From Takakia lepidozioides (lineage: Eukaryota; Plantae; Bryophyta): 64,000 nucleotides of DNA. The notes under the pieces are model-generated. The model worked only from the letters and a program-made list of their open reading frames with translations. It did not search any database and was not told the origin of the DNA. This document shows, in pieces, positions 11,761-26,423 of this stretch (positions are counted from its first letter, which is position 1; the number at the start of each line of letters is the position of its first letter). The translations under genes and the position numbers were made by a program. The stretch lies in NCBI GenBank assembly GCA_030704615.1, contig CM060732.1, forward strand, positions 36,890,001 through 36,954,000, written 5' to 3'.

Positions 11761-13767
11761 CTGTAACGCTCTAAATTTGTTATAATGTAACGTCGGTATT
11801 TTGCACTTGTTGAGATTCTTTGTAGCAGACCACGTGTCATTTGACCGAGTAGTTTAGCGACGAACAAGGTATTTTTACAATTCATTAATTTGATTGTTTA
11901 TCACCCTATGTGTTTGCAAAGATTTTGAGTAGGGGGCCTTGCATTAGTAGATAGCCTTGTCTCTTCCAATTACAATTGAAGACGGTCTTGCGACGTAGAT
12001 TTTTGTTGTTCATTTTGCCTCTATAAATTATAACGTGTATCCCTCAGTCAAAAATACTGCTTCACCTTTATTTTGTGTTTCTTTCCATTGCTTGAGTGCC
12101 TTGATATTTTCTGTGGCTTTATATCGCTCCAGTCCAGTATAAATCTGACACTATTGCACTGCATATCCTGAGGTTTGCCAGAAATTGATAGCGTTGTAGT
12201 AGGTGAAATAGTTTCGACTTTCTTAGCTAAAATCACGGGACTCTATTTCGCTAAATCGTTCACTACATTAGCGTGCAACTTTTGCTTACAATTCCACTGG
12301 TTTTCGAGAGAATACAGTTCGGTGCTACTGTTTTTCATAGGATGAGGGTTGACAAGATGATGTTTTTCTTATTGCTACTCAAAAGGTGATTGAAGAGCAT
12401 CTTGAAGGAGTGAAAGGTTCTGATATTTGTCCTCAATATTGGCATGTCTCTCTTTGTGCAGTCTTGTCATAATTTATGTTTGCTCCATAGGACCAAATCA
12501 ATTAATAATTAAAACAAATGGTCTACTAACGATTATGGTAGTCACCTTACAAGGAGTCATGATTAGTTGTCTGTTGGATGTCATCCCATTATAACCAACA
12601 TAGGTATAAAATGTGGGACATTGGGCCAATTTGACACATTAATCTACGGTTACTTAAGCATGAGTAAATGTTTTCACTGAAAATCTTATATCATGGAAAT
12701 GAGGTTCAAGATTTTAATTACGAACTTAGATACAAGTATTCTAAAAATCATAATCATATAAAACATGATTATGTTATGACTTGCAAGTTATACGTAACAT
12801 ATTAATTATAGACGGAAATTGAATGTACATATAAGAAACATTTGATGTTATATAACATAAATAACATTAAGTACAATCTGAAGATAAATGTGATATGACT
12901 TAATTTTGTTGTGTTGTTATAGTATAATATTATTTAATTAAGTAATGATAATTATTGCAAGCTTTGATCATAATACACTTGCAAGATGATTTTGTGTCTT
13001 AGTATTGGGTCAATTGGTAAATAAGTTAACTTGATTGTATAAGATTGCTAATAAAAAGTGAAAAAATTAGACAAATTCTCAAAACAATATATCATGAGAG
13101 TTGACGTTAATCTATATTTTAAATAGATGTAATAAATATATTAACTTACTTGGTGTAACAATTTAGACCTTATGTTTACAAATACAAATATGTTTGAAGA
13201 CATAGTGTCAAATTTATAAAATCAATCATTGTTATGTGGGAGAAAGAAATGTATTAAGATCCATTGACATAGTTGACAATTTCTACTATTATCTTAAAAT
13301 TTGAAGTATTTAAATATCTGAAAATATATTAAATATGATAGTATTAATAATTGTCATTGTGCCACATTACATTGCAAAATAGTGCAATGACATGTATCAA
13401 TGGTTTTTTTTTAAAAACTTTTTTGTCTTTTATATTTATCTATTTTTTAAGAAAACAAATTCCTAAAGTAGGCTCACCTTTGAGCGAACATATTGTCCTT
13501 TTTTTGTGGGTTTATTTATGAAGTCTCGAATAGTACATTAAGAGAAAAATCCTCATGCAATCGTAAAATGCATACATATATGACGTGTGAAAGATCTTGA
13601 TTTTGATAATAATGTGGATGATATGGACCGACCTCCCCACCAGCTTGGCGAGACCTCAGTGTCCCCCTCCACTCTTTCCCCCGAGTTCGAGCGTGACGTG
13701 AATTGGAAGCATCTCAAAACATCCTCGAAAGCTTCACGGCTTAATTATAGATAAAAACTTTATGTTT

Positions 13768-14433
13768 AGGAAAAGTCAATGGTGCTTTTTTGGGGAACTT
13801 CTAGTGCCCTTGCTTTGCTCGGGCCAATCTTAGAGAGGCGAGACAATTCTTTAATTAGGTATTTATGTGATCTGGTTTCTTGGGATGAGGTCCTCTTTGG
13901 TTTCATAGGTAAGCTCTTCCACACGAGGAGGTAAAGTTCGTAGAATAGTGATCACAATAAAGTTATCCGTTAAGTAGAGGGGATGGAGGGTGAGTTAGGC
14001 CGGTTTGGCCAAAAAAGAGGTTGAAGTGCAATAAATGTCAAAAGAGCAAGGGATTAAAATACAAGGAAAAAAAAAAAAAAAAAAAAAAAACACCAAAATG
14101 AGAGCAAAACGATTTTCATCCTGCGTTGGTTTTTGGCTTTCCTCTCGGGTACGTGGCGCGGTGTGGAACCAAGAGGGCATGAGGCTAGGGTGGGGCCCAC
14201 GCTGATTTAAAGAGAATACACGCTGACTTTAAGGAGAACACGTGTGTGCATATGTGGGTGGCCCGATGCCGTCCCTAATTTTGGTTTTGATATTCTGTCT
14301 GCATGACTTCTTGGATACGTGCAAAGTGCCGAGAAGAGGTATAGTGGGGATGTATTAGGGGGCGGAAGGGCTGGTCACTTAACGGATAACTTAGTGTGCC
14401 TCATGGTGTACCAGGGGTTTTAATTTTTTTCCC
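13768..14433. mobile_element. MITE / non-autonomous Mutator-like element
   Basis: Perfect 16-bp inverted pair AAGTTATCCGTTAAGT (13960-13975) and ACTTAACGGATAACTT (14377-14392); outer limits approximate. Confidence 0.4.
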
Positions 14434-17400
14434 CATAATAAGTTACAATAAAGTTAATCAGGGCAACATAAAAATAAATAAATAAATGTGGATGCGTTGG
14501 AAATGGGCTCTTATAGTTTGTCCTAACTTCGGTTGGTGTGTGTGTGTGTGGGCGCGTGCCCGCATTGCTGAAGCAGGAAATTATGGTGTCAGTTGACCTT
14601 GACTCTAATTTGAATAAGAGATTTCTTATTCTGAAGTTGCATCTATTCCCTCTATTTTGCTTATATGTACATATATATATTATTTATTTGTAATTATTTG
14701 TATGTATGTGCAGACAAGTTTCACTTGACAAAGTACTGCACGGCGGGTACCAAAATGAATGGATAGATATGCACAAGTGGCTCCAATCACGACATCCAGA
14801 GGACTATTTTGTCGACGATAGTAAAAAAAACTCCGTAATCAAAACAAAAAATGTGAAATTGTATTGTGAAGCCAACAAAATAAAGTTGCACCCCCCACCA
14901 AATAAAGAAAGATTTATTCTGTCTAGATTCAAAAATATTTCTAAAAAGATTGACAATCTTAATCCCATTATTCTTAAAAGAGATGGTCCTTATTACCAAT
15001 TTTTTGGATGTTAATTAGATATAACATTTGAAGCAACAATGACCGCAAGATCAGATAATAGCTTATTGTAGATGTTGTCAGTTTTGCAATATAAATCAAT
15101 TATTTATATTAGATTGTTACATTGATATTATCTTTAAATACCCAAAATAATTATTTATTTAATAATAAGTACTATCTACTTAAATACAAACCCAAATTTG
15201 TTCATAATTTACATTTGCAGCTCCTCATTTAGCTCTCTCATCCATTATAAACAACATCGACCGAATTCTATAATCAATAAGGCCCCCGAGTTTGCAGGGC
15301 CTTGTCCATTGGAGGATGGTCCAGGAATTAAAAAAGGGGGATATAAACTACACAAGGATTTGCAGAAATAACCATGGTGTAAGGGGGTAAGAAAAATAGA
15401 TAGGTAGGAAGGTGACATCTATTAAATGGGGGATGGTTCAGGTGCCAAGTTTGGGTTGGTAGAGTACATATGTCAAGTGGTGGTTTCTGGGGGTGATATG
15501 TGTGGGGTAGACCGTAGCCTTCTAGAAAAGTACTCCACCGCTTGAGGAGGTGGGGGCGTCGCCTTGAGAGGGTATATATAAAGGAGAAGCACGCTCTCTT
15601 TCCTTGCCGAGTCTTACTACTTATTTACTAGTAGTAACTACTTTAGTGGGCTTTGCACATGCCGGGCCCCAAGAAAAGACTCAAACAGTTAGCTAAATAA
15701 TGTACGAGAAGACGGATCTAACATTTTTCAATGGTCAACATTGCGTATGGAGGCTCAGTAATAGATGGTCTCCTTGTAATCATGGCTCGTCTCTCATACA
15801 CGGAGTGAGATTATCGCCACTTGTCAAGCAATTACCAGATATAATGCGTCGCCCTCATGCTCCGCATCTCCCGCAGCTCGACGTCAGGGCTCCCCATTAT
15901 ATCTGATAATCTCCAGCTTCCATACAGAGATGATCTAATTCATAATCCCTACAAATTGATAAATATGTGATGTATGAGATTATTTTTTACTTATTAAATT
16001 AAATCTGTCTTGTGGAAATTTATCACAATAGCTGAAGAGGTAGACCTTTAAGCTGAACTTTTAGTCCTCATTCTCATTTCAAAGTTTAGTCTGCACCTTT
16101 GTTGATCAACTTCCGAAATCTCGAGGCTGAGTATGAAGTCGGCCAGGCCAAGATGAGGTTTGATTATTGGGCATCTCATACATAACAGATTGATGGTTGT
16201 GTGAAGGACTTTTTAGAAGAAAGCCCAAATCAGATTGTCATGCTCACTCGGTGCATTTATGGTAATGGCATGTTCATTGCAGTTGACAACGTGTGACTAA
16301 AGCATCAAAAACTCAGTTTCTTGGGTTTTCAGATGTCGCAATGTTCTTCGTCATTATACCGATCCCACATCATGATCGACATCAAAACATCTTTACTTTC
16401 ACATTTGTTCTCATCCTTACCTTCATATTCTTCCGAGACATCTCCTATTTCCTGCTCTCCATCGTCACAATAATTATGAGCACTATAACCCATAAATGCC
16501 AATGTTGGTCCACTGCAAATGGTATCAAAAAATAGATACTACATGTTCCCATAAACCCTACTTTGAAGTTGAAGGCGTGAGTGCTATTGCCAATGATTTA
16601 GATACAAATGTAGCCAATTCTTCTTTGCAAACATCCCCATGAGTACGTCTCTTAAACATATAGTATATACATGTATTTCTTTAACAGTGAGCAAAACAAG
16701 TATTTGGTGATGACGCGGACTATGCTGGATCCAAAAACCCCATGACGATACCCTGCTGTTGAAAACCTAACTCCTCGTAGGGATCCCAATAATAACCTTT
16801 CCATTGTTTCCCGAGTGCAATGACATCGAGAAAATCGACAATTGTGGCTGGTACATAGATGTCTGCAGATCTCATGGGCACCGAAGTCTTCAGTTCGAGT
16901 GACTCCGAGTGCTAGAGAAGACAAATGTTTTCTCTATATCATTTGATAATTAATTTAGGTTTTGGATGAATTTTGCAAATTCATTTCCTCTTGTAACATC
17001 TCTCTTACTTTTAAGGAGAGCAATTACATTTTGTAAGGCTGCAGCCTTGCTATAGGAAAATACATACTAGTCAGTAAGAGCATCCCCACCCTTGAGCCCG
17101 AAATACTCCTTGTAACGTAAAAATTACGTGATCGATTCAGAGCCTGTTGGGTTATGTGGTGAGGCAGCCCCTCCTCGCGCACACCCTTGCCCCTAAATCG
17201 CCCACACTATCCCCGTGGAGCTCGGCTCCCATTGGCAGGAGGGGCCATGCTCGCTGCCAAGCTGCTGACATGCACGCGCTGGTCACGTTGACTTGGATTC
17301 AGGGGCGTATTCGGGGCCCTGAATATGGCGCTTGGGTTCAGTGCACGGAACGATATTCAGTGCCCGCTTTTCATGGGATATGGGGTTCAGTGCAAGGGTG

Positions 17401-19851
17401 TGGACGTTTTCCCGCCACCACACCCTGATATTCCGTTGGCGTGCTAGGTTCAGTGGAGGGTGGGGATGTTCTAAGGGTGATGCAAAACTTAATAGCTCCT
17501 TGTGAGGAGACGTTTTTTTTTCCGTCTTGTAGCAAAGAAGCCACGATTGAGTGTCATTACTTAGAGAGTACTATTCCATCTAAATCAATTGTGCATTTTT
17601 AGACCTTGGGGTGATTCACTTAGGGGCGATTGCGAGTGCCCATAGAACCTGGCACTTATTAGGCCTACTCAAAGGCTATTGCGTCAACACTATTGGCCCT
17701 CTCTTTAACTGGGATGTGCACAAAGAGTCCTTTAGTTTCAGTCCTAGGTATATTGAATCTGTGTTTTGTACTGAAATTCATTGTTGATGAATTCACAACT
17801 AGTAAGGAAATTATGGACAAAGAACCCCTCTCATTTCTTACGACTTTTGTATATGTTAGGGTGCCATCTTGAGGGCACACATCTTAGTAGCCCAACGGCA
17901 TCCCCATCCCCGACCATCTCAAGTGTCTTTATTTTTCCATGTCTCTTGCCCAACACAAATGTGAATGCCAAATGTTAGCTTGAAGAACTTGTCCCAGTTC
18001 AAATTGTTTGCTTTGGTTAGAACTTAGAACTTCAGTTCACAACACTTGAAAGTGCACAACCCTTTTGGATACGAATTGTTTGTCGGTTGCTAATTTTGAA
18101 TGTAATTATGCATTGTAAGGTAAGCTTCTTTGTGTGCAAGCCGTTGGTTGCACGCAAAGGTAGATCTGACCGACATGGTCATGCATAGACGTGTGGCCAT
18201 TTAATTTTTTATTTTTTATTTTATTTTTTTCGTAGAAGGCAGCCGTTTTGCCTAGATATGATTACTTGCTTAAGTACTATATAAATCAAAGCACTCAGGA
18301 GAACGAGGTGGTGGATTTTGGTCTCAGATCTTGTACAATGTACCTATGAAGTGATTGGATGAAAGTGTATGAGAAAGGTTAATCCTTGTGTTAGATTCCA
18401 TCCTGTCTAGCGTGTCTCTGTCCTGCCGTGCTACAACCCTCATACGGGTAATACCGGACCAACAAGGGGAATATATCCCCGGCCCCGGAATCTTGGTGGA
18501 GATGGGGGGCAGTTTGTCTGTTATGAAGATGTATGAACTAATGATGTTCAGGTGCTGGTAAGGTACAGGGAATTGGAAGGTACGGCGGTAGCAAGCATGA
18601 TGTTTGCGGCTTATACTCCTTGTTTCTTCGTTTTCTTTTTTTGTTTGTGCCAACTTGTGTTGATTCGATCTACTGTGTGCAATGGCATCTCCTTCCCACT
18701 CTGAGATGTTGTTTCCTAATATTACTCCTGAACTCAACTTCGAGCTCACATTTATGCATGAATTACGAGTCCGTTTAAGCAAAGATATCTGCAAGTACGC
18801 CCCTATTGATGCCAAGGAAGCATGGACGCGTGATGAGATTGTGGTGGACACTCCCTCGGATTACTGGATTGTCAAATTCAAAGGGAGGTTGCAAAAGTCA
18901 CAACCACCGCTGCTCAAAAGCGTGAACAAAAACGCAAAGTAGACGAAGCACTATATAGGGCTTGGGCTGGGAAATTGTTGCAAGAACTACACGCGGAGGA
19001 GATTGCTCAGAGGATCCCATTTGCAATGCTCAAACAACGTATGAGTGCTAGTGAATGGTTCAACTGGGCTCAATTGGGTGTTCCTAAGTTTACTGTCTCC
19101 CGGGAGCTTGGCCGTGATTTAGAGAGCTTTGCGCATCCCAACAGGCCCAGTCCTTTGCGGCTCTGGGAATTTGTCAAGGATGGTACGGCTATTGTATTTG
19201 CTACTCTTCGTGAGGCCACGGTCACTGAGGCTGCTGCTGATCCCACCTGGGAAGAGGTAGTAGCTGGGGTGCTTGAGCAACGATTCCATCATTGTGCCAC
19301 GGATGTAGTCGTCCTCCCTGGCAAAAGCTTCAAATACAAACGCGTGGGGCTTAGTTAGGTGGAGGAAGCAGCGGAATACCCTCCCCATACCCTAATTGTC
19401 AAAGAACGCATCATTCGCTCCATTGCTAAGGTCTCGTTTTGGCTCAAATCCGATCGGGAAGTCTGGGATTAGTTGGGTGAGGCGGTCTACCTCTTGCCCA
19501 AGCACAAATACATCAGTTGCCACCGTGTGGCGAACTTGGAAGAATTTCTTCAAGCTCCAGCAGATAGGAGGTAAGCTGTGTTGGTCCTGCCTATGCCTGT
19601 CCACACTAGGGCCATGCTGGAAAAAGAAGCAGAAGAGATGGTAGGCTTAAGTGAGCTTGAAGCTGGAAGAGAGAGAGAGTTAGATGCTGACAAGAATGAA
19701 AACTCTCAAGCTAAAGAATCTATTGATCAGGGAGGGGTAGAAGATGATAAGGTCGCTCAGGAGCCAGCTCTTGATGTGGAAGAGCTTTTTGAGGCCATGG
19801 GTATCATATCCAACTGTCCGCCTTCAATGAAAATGCAATCAAGGTGCACAT

Positions 19852-20653
19852 GTGGTGTCGGATAACAAGTCAATGGGTTTTGTTGAAAGAATGCACAAGC
19901 AACCCTTTCCTGATTTTAATTTGGGCAAGGATTTCAAATCTTTTCTGGAGTTTTTTGACATCAGCACAGAAATCAATTCAGTCCCACAGAAATTTATTAT
20001 AAAGATCTTTTGCATGTGTCTGAAAGGGGAAGCTAGAAAGATTTTTGAGTCCAACATCAAAGGCAAAACTGATCTGACTTGGGCTGAGGCCAGACAATTG
20101 GCAAATAGGTTGTTTCGGGAAGTCAAGCCCATTGCCTATACTGTCCCTGAGCTAATATTTTCCCCTGGTGACAGTATCTGGAAGTATTACTCTGATCTTC
20201 GTACAGCAGTTTGTAAGGCAGTGGAAGAGCCGGCTGAACGTTCAGCCATACTGAAGCATTGTTTCATCAAGGGTTTACCCCTAGCTGAAAGGGTATTCTT
20301 GCAAAAACAATATATATCACCATGAAGACGAAATGGTAGGCTTACTGAAAGAGCGACTTAGGTTGAAGGCTGCCAAGGTTGGCATGAGCTTCTCCCTTCT
20401 TAAGGCCACACATTTTCTTGCTGCTAGTCAGGAAACTAATCTAGTGGATGTTCATGGTGAGGTGACTGCAACAGCAGACCAGGTATTACTCACGTTGGTT
20501 CATGAGTTGCATCAATTGCATAGTGATATGCAAGACCAGCTGCAGGCTTTGAAAAGTGAAGCCACTTGGAGGGCCTCGGGTTCCGATGCCCCTAGCCAAA
20601 GCCCGAAGGTTCTAAACGAGGGGTTTATAGGGGAAAAACCCAAACAGGCTTGA
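19852..20653 (+). pseudogene. Retrotransposon gag capsid
   Basis: FPDF...FLEFF....F...LKGEARK.F.....LTW.E.....F and FIKGLP. Confidence 0.7.
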
Positions 20654-20899
20654 GGTATGTTGACAAGGCCTCACTACCTGCAAGCATCATCTGTAAATCC
20701 ACTGAACACTACACTCGACGCTGCCCATACATGCCTGATTTGCCAGTTCTTATTGAGCAACTTAAGAAAGAGAAAAATGGAGTTGGAAACGAAAACGGTC
20801 GTCTGTGAGGGTGCTAGACGATCACCGTAGCAGCCCCAAATCACTGGTAAGTGCGGTTTTCTCACAAGATTTTAAGTTATTGCATTGTGAGGCTCTCCG

Positions 20900-21137
20900 T
20901 ACCATGCGCAAGGTTCGTGTTCATCCTCTCATGACACAATGTTATGTGGGTCACTTGTCCTTTTCTTGTATCATAGATACTGGATACACAATGTCTGCAG
21001 TACCACTAAATGTCGTGCTTGTCTTAGGCCTCAAGTTACAATCTGCTATTGGCCTTACAGTGACCATGGCTGACGGTACAGCCTATGAACCATTACAATA
21101 TTATGAAGCAGTGAATCAAGATTTAGTTTTCAAGTGA
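20900..21137 (+). pseudogene. Retroviral-type aspartic protease
   Basis: CIIDTG...SAV.....LGL......VTMADG. Confidence 0.75.
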
Positions 21138-21759
21138 ATGTGCATGACTCCAAATTCTTTAAATATCGACATCAAAGTCGAATGACATACATTAGACAAT
21201 GCAAATGATACATATTAGTAAAATAATTTTCATGACTCCAAATTCATTAACGTCGACATCAAAGTCAACTGATATACAAATTTAGCCAATGCAAAGGATA
21301 TATACTAATTAGCACAAGTATCCATGAGACATCATTACCCAGTACATGTTGTCAATTAGTCTGCTATCCCCAATACAAATGCACCATATATAGTCCACAA
21401 ACACCCTAGCCCTGAAACTAGAACATCTACACATAAGGTTGACATTGAGAAGACTGGGTGTGCGTCGCACGAAAATATGTTTTTGCAAATGCCTCCGCGT
21501 AGATAGGTAGCTTGTAAAAATGAAGACTCGAACTTAGACCAAAAAATTTGTTTTGTAAAAAAAAAAAATGTCGGTTTCGAATTCAAATTGACTCCTGCAA
21601 AAGAGTAACCACGGATATAAATTGATGAATACTAACACATGAATACAAGGCCCGAAGGCGAACTAAAAGGTATTTAAAATCAAAGCGGTACACCGAAATT
21701 AAAAAAAAATCTTACTCACATGAGAAAACCGAATCAACATTAATAAAATGTGGAAAAAT

Positions 21760-23470
21760 GTATGGAACCTATGGAACTTCTAGACATTTTTACTCGAAAT
21801 AATTTCTCCAGACCAATGTATAAGTGTACTCCAAAGCTATGTACATTTATTTTTTCAATGACTCACTTCGGGATATGAGGTTGTGAGGTATTATACGGTT
21901 TAGGATAAGAAAAAAGTGTGAAGAGGGGGAAAAAAGAAACAACAGTGCATCGAACCTATAAGAACTTTCAATCAAATATCTCAACCTTGAATACATTGTA
22001 CCCCAAAGTAAGAATGTGTTTTTTTAACGAGTTTCCAACATGGATATAACGTTTTAGGAGCATAAAGTTTTAGAAAAATTATAAGTATGAATCACACAAA
22101 ATATGCAGGAAAGTTTACGACCTATAAAAACGTTCAATCACGTAATATTTTAACCATAATTGTATTATACCCAAAGCTGAAAAAATGATTTGAATGTACT
22201 TCAAATATTTGAATGAGGTTTAGGGTATAGGGGTTTGGAGAAGTAAAAGTACTATCAAGTACAAATAAAATTGGAAGAGTGTGTAGAACATATAAGAATT
22301 TCTAAGTAAATATCCCGAGGACTCTATCATATATATAAGCTAGAATAAAATGAGTCAATGAGCTTCAAATGTATAAACTACGTTTTAGGATATACTAGGG
22401 TTTAGAACAAGCAAAAGTGTGAATGATACAAATAATGGGATATTGTTTAGGACTAATACAAAATTTCAATTCAATATTCCAACAACTCTTAGTAGTATGC
22501 AACCCCAAAGTTAGAAAAAAAATTTTTGAGTGAGCTTCAAACATTACAAAGATATGTTTGGGGTACTGGGCTTAGGCTATTAAGCTAAAGTATACGTAAG
22601 AACAAATATGAAAGAATGGAACTTAGGATCTTCAATTAAAAATCCAGACCACTTTATCTTATTATAAATCAATGGGAGAAAAAAAATAATGAGCTTCAAA
22701 CAATAAAAAAAGATGACATACTAGGATGTAGGGTAAGCAAATTTGAGAACGTAAGAACAAATATGAAAGAATGGAACTTAGGATCTACAAAAATATCAAT
22801 TAAAAATCCAGACCACTTTATCTTATTATAAATCAATGGGAGAAAAAAAATAATGAGCTTCAAACAATAAAAAAAGATGACATACTAGGATGTAGGGTAA
22901 GCAAATTTGGTACTATTCAATGACAAACAAATTTACAAGAGTAATTAAGACATATAAAATCTCTCAATTAAATATCATAAAATTCTATAAATTTCCCCAA
23001 AGCTTAGTACTAGCCAAAAAAAATAAAATCTATTCAATATAAACAAATGGTTGAAAAGTGCTTATAAGGAAGTTCCATACAAAATTGCTACCAAGTAGTA
23101 CTAAACAATTGTTTTAATGAACTAATTCAATCTTATACATGTTGGGATTAAAATTTGTTCCGACCACGTCCCCACTCTATTGTACCCCAAAGCTGAAAAA
23201 TTTAGAAATAGGAGGAAAAAAAAACAAAAAACAAACAAAAACGGGACTTGGGCTTCAAACATGGATATGAGGTGGACAAAAATATCAATGAGAAACTAAT
23301 ATAGAAGAGAGAGTTTGTGTACGAGGTCCTATAAAAACTTTCAATCAAATATCCCAACCTTGAATGCATTGTATTCCAAAGTATGAATTTGCTTTCTTAT
23401 GAAGGTTCAAACATGGATATAAGGTTTTAGGGGTGGATCTATGGTTTGGAGCCAAGTTAAGACAAGATAA
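21760..23470. repeat. Degenerate AT-rich tandem repeat of ~165-190 bp with one recent ~155-bp near-exact duplication
   Basis: Recurring GAACCTATAA..TTCAATC, CCCAAAG and GAGCTTCAAACA at ~168-bp spacing; 22595-22745 nearly equals 22750-22908. Confidence 0.7.
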
Positions 23471-23847
23471 AACAATAGAAAACAAGGGAAACAAGACAAC
23501 ACAATGAATTAATAAGTCTGCAATTTTACCTGTTACTGGATGTCATGTCGAAGTGCTTCGGTGTGTCTTCGAGGCTTCCAAATAAATGCTTCAAATGCCC
23601 CTTATCCACTGATTGACCCTTCCACAAATACATCTATTAGTTTAAAAGGTATAAAAAGAGGTCTAATAAGGACAATGGAAAACAAGGTACCCAATATGGT
23701 GGTAATGACAAGAACTTCCCCTATGCACTAGCCTGCCACTCCACTGTTCCAAGCTCTGTCCATCTCTCTCGCTACCTCTCGACTCGCAGCAACTTCAACG
23801 TCCCTGCTCGCAACAGAGGTGGTGGCTGAAGAATTAGGGCAAATCCC

Positions 23848-24273
23848 CATCCGTTGGATCTTGCCAGATCCAACGACATCACCTAGATGAGAGAAAAAAA
23901 AAAAAAACGCTATCCACCGTGGCCGTTGGATCCACGATCCAACGGCTTTCACAAAGCCTTGAAAAAAACCAAAAAAAAAAAAAACACCAGCGCGATGCCA
24001 CGTGGCCACATGATGATGCGCCGAGCATGCGTACTGGCGTGGGTCGGCGCCGTCAGCGGGCGCCGCCAGAAAAAAATTAAAAATTAAAATACAAAAAGTT
24101 GCTGCATCTGGCCACGTGCAGTTGCGCCGAGCGCGCGTCGGCGCCGTTAGCTCGGCGCCGCCACCAAAGAAAAAGAGAAAGAAAAAGAAAAAGAAAAAAG
24201 AAAAAACCTGCCGCGCTTGGACACGGGCGACGCGCCGAGCGTGGGTCCCTGGCGCCGTCAAAGGCCGTCGCCA

Positions 24274-24319
<46 letters not shown>

Positions 24320-25210
24320 CAACGTCCGTTGGCTTGTCGTGCTAGGCCATGTGGCGATGCGCCGAGCGTGCAGCCTGGTGTGGGTCCACGAGGCCCGGCA
24401 AAGTCAGCGGTATCAGCCACCAAAAAATAAATTAAAACAAAACAACAAAACCCAACGCCCGTTGGATCTTCCAGATCCAACGGCAACGCTCAAGTGAGAT
24501 CTCTACACCGTTGGATCTTTGAAATCCGACGGCTTCGAAAAACCCAGCAGAAATGTAAAATATATTAAAATATAAAATAAAACATTATTTTAAATTCCAA
24601 TAATACCTGAATGGACGGATGCTGGATCTTTGCGATCCAACGGTCTCCATCCCAGGAGAAAAAATCCAATATAAAATAAAACAAAATATAAAAAATAATA
24701 GACATTAGATTTCGATAATAAAAAATAAAAAAACAACTTGGCGCATTTCAACATTTGAATTGCTCCTTATTACTTTGTGTTCAACATATATATTATGAAC
24801 GATGCATATTTTTTCAAAATCTCATGTGTAGTCTGTTGGTATGATTGACAAGCCTGGTACAAAAGGTTACAGGTTCAATTTTCTACCCTTTGTTTGGTTT
24901 GCCTTGTAGGACTAGTTTTATAATTACTCTCATGCAGGTAATTTCATGTTGTTTTGCACTTTCAAGTATAATAAGAAATATTAAGTAGATAATATCTAAC
25001 TAGAAAATAAAAATAAAAAATAAAAAATAGGGTAAAAATTAGCAATAGGTCCTCCCATCCGTTGGATCTCTGTGATCCAACGGTTTCCCAGCCTCCGGAA
25101 AAAAAAATCCAAAAAATCAGAAATTAGTTGCTGAGGGTTCCGTCGAATCTCGGCGCACACGCCGAGGTCTCAACTATTGAGGTTCGACGCACATGTCGAG
25201 ATCTTAATTA
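23848..25210. repeat. Cluster of palindromic CCGTTGGATCT-N-GATCCAACGG and CGCGCCGAG motifs with poly-A tracts
   Basis: Copies at ~23850, 23922, 24458, 24508, 24617 and 25059. Confidence 0.75.
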
Positions 25211-25350
25211 TTGAGCCCGCCACAAAAAATAACCCCAGCCGCTACTGAGGTGTGCATTCAGGTAAAATAAATGGTCGATAATAGATGATAACTAAGTGGA
25301 AAATAAACAAATAGTACATATGGAATTAAAAAGAAATAATTGTTGCAGAA

Positions 25351-26278
25351 CTAAGTTCACTGGTGTAACGATTTTTGTTGTTCATGATATTGTTGCAGGA
25401 CCTAGGAATGTAGGTGTTAGTTGCTCATGGAAAGTTTCAAATCGAACTAAAATCATACGAACGGTGTTTTCTAAGTTCACTGGTGTAACGATTTTTGTTG
25501 TTCATGATATTGTTGCAGGACCTAGGAATGTAGGTGTTAGTTGCTCATGGAAAGTTTCAAATCGAACTAAAATCATACGAACGGTGTTTTCTAAGTTCAC
25601 TGGTGTAACGATTTTTGTTGTTCATGATATTGTTGCAGGACCTAGGAATGTAGGTGTTAGTTGCTCATGGAAAGTTTCAAATCGAACTAAAATCATACGA
25701 ACGGTGTTTTCTAAGTTCACTGGTGTAACGATTTTTGTTGTTCATGATATTGTTGCAGGACCTAGGAATGTAGATGTTAGTTGCTCATGTAAAGTTTCAA
25801 ATCGAACTAAAATCATACGGACGGTGTTTTCTAAGTTCACTGGTGTAACGATTTTTGTTGTTCATGATATTGTTGCAGGACCTAGGAATGTAGGTGTTAG
25901 TTGCTCATGTAAAGTTTCAAATCGAACTAAAATCATACGGACGGTGTTTTCTAAGTTCACTGGTGTAACGATTTTTGTTGTTCATGATATTGTTGCAGGA
26001 CCTAGGAATGTAGGTGTTAGTTGCTCATGTAAAGTTTCAAATCGAACTAAAATCATACGGACGGTGTTTTCTAAGTTCACTAGTGTAACGATTTTTGTTG
26101 TTCATGCTATTGTTGCAGGACCTAGGAATGTAGGTATTAGTTGCTCATGTAAAGTTTCAAATCGAAATAAAATCATATGGATCGTGTTTTGTAAGTTCAC
26201 GAGTGTAATGACTTTTATGGTATATGGTACTATAGGACATATGAATGTAGGTGTTACTTGCTCGTGCAAAGTTTCACA
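25351..26278. repeat. 120-bp tandem array, 7 near-identical units plus 1 diverged unit
   Basis: Units begin (C/G)TAAGTTCAC at 25351, 25471, 25591, 25711, 25831, 25951, 26071 and 26191. Confidence 0.97.
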
Positions 26279-26423
26279 CTTGGATGAATTGGTTGCATAG
26301 ATAGTGCATATGAATGATACATATACACATATAATTTGACACATCACCACCCACAATATATGAGAGATATATCACTATGTGAATATAATGGTGTATATCC
26401 GATATGCTCTCACAATGATAATG

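Larger units (their letters stand above)
17111..21137 (+). mobile_element. Decayed gypsy element (LTR-like leader, extra ORF, gag, protease), truncated
   Basis: Starts TGTAACG; capsid-like and protease-like ORFs follow. Confidence 0.6.

Noticed and set aside
15240-16960. Possible solo LTR and transposase remnant
   Set aside because: No clear termini, TSD or diagnostic motif
23728-24497. Poly-Lys/poly-Phe ORFs
   Set aside because: Artefacts of poly-A tracts
24827-24880. tRNA-like A/B boxes
   Set aside because: Too degenerate; no stems
25351-26278. CRISPR array (unit contains GTTTCAAATC)
   Set aside because: No unique spacers, eukaryotic context, no cas genes
25296-26300. 334-aa repeat protein
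   Set aside because: GTG start; open frame explained by a 120-bp unit lacking stops
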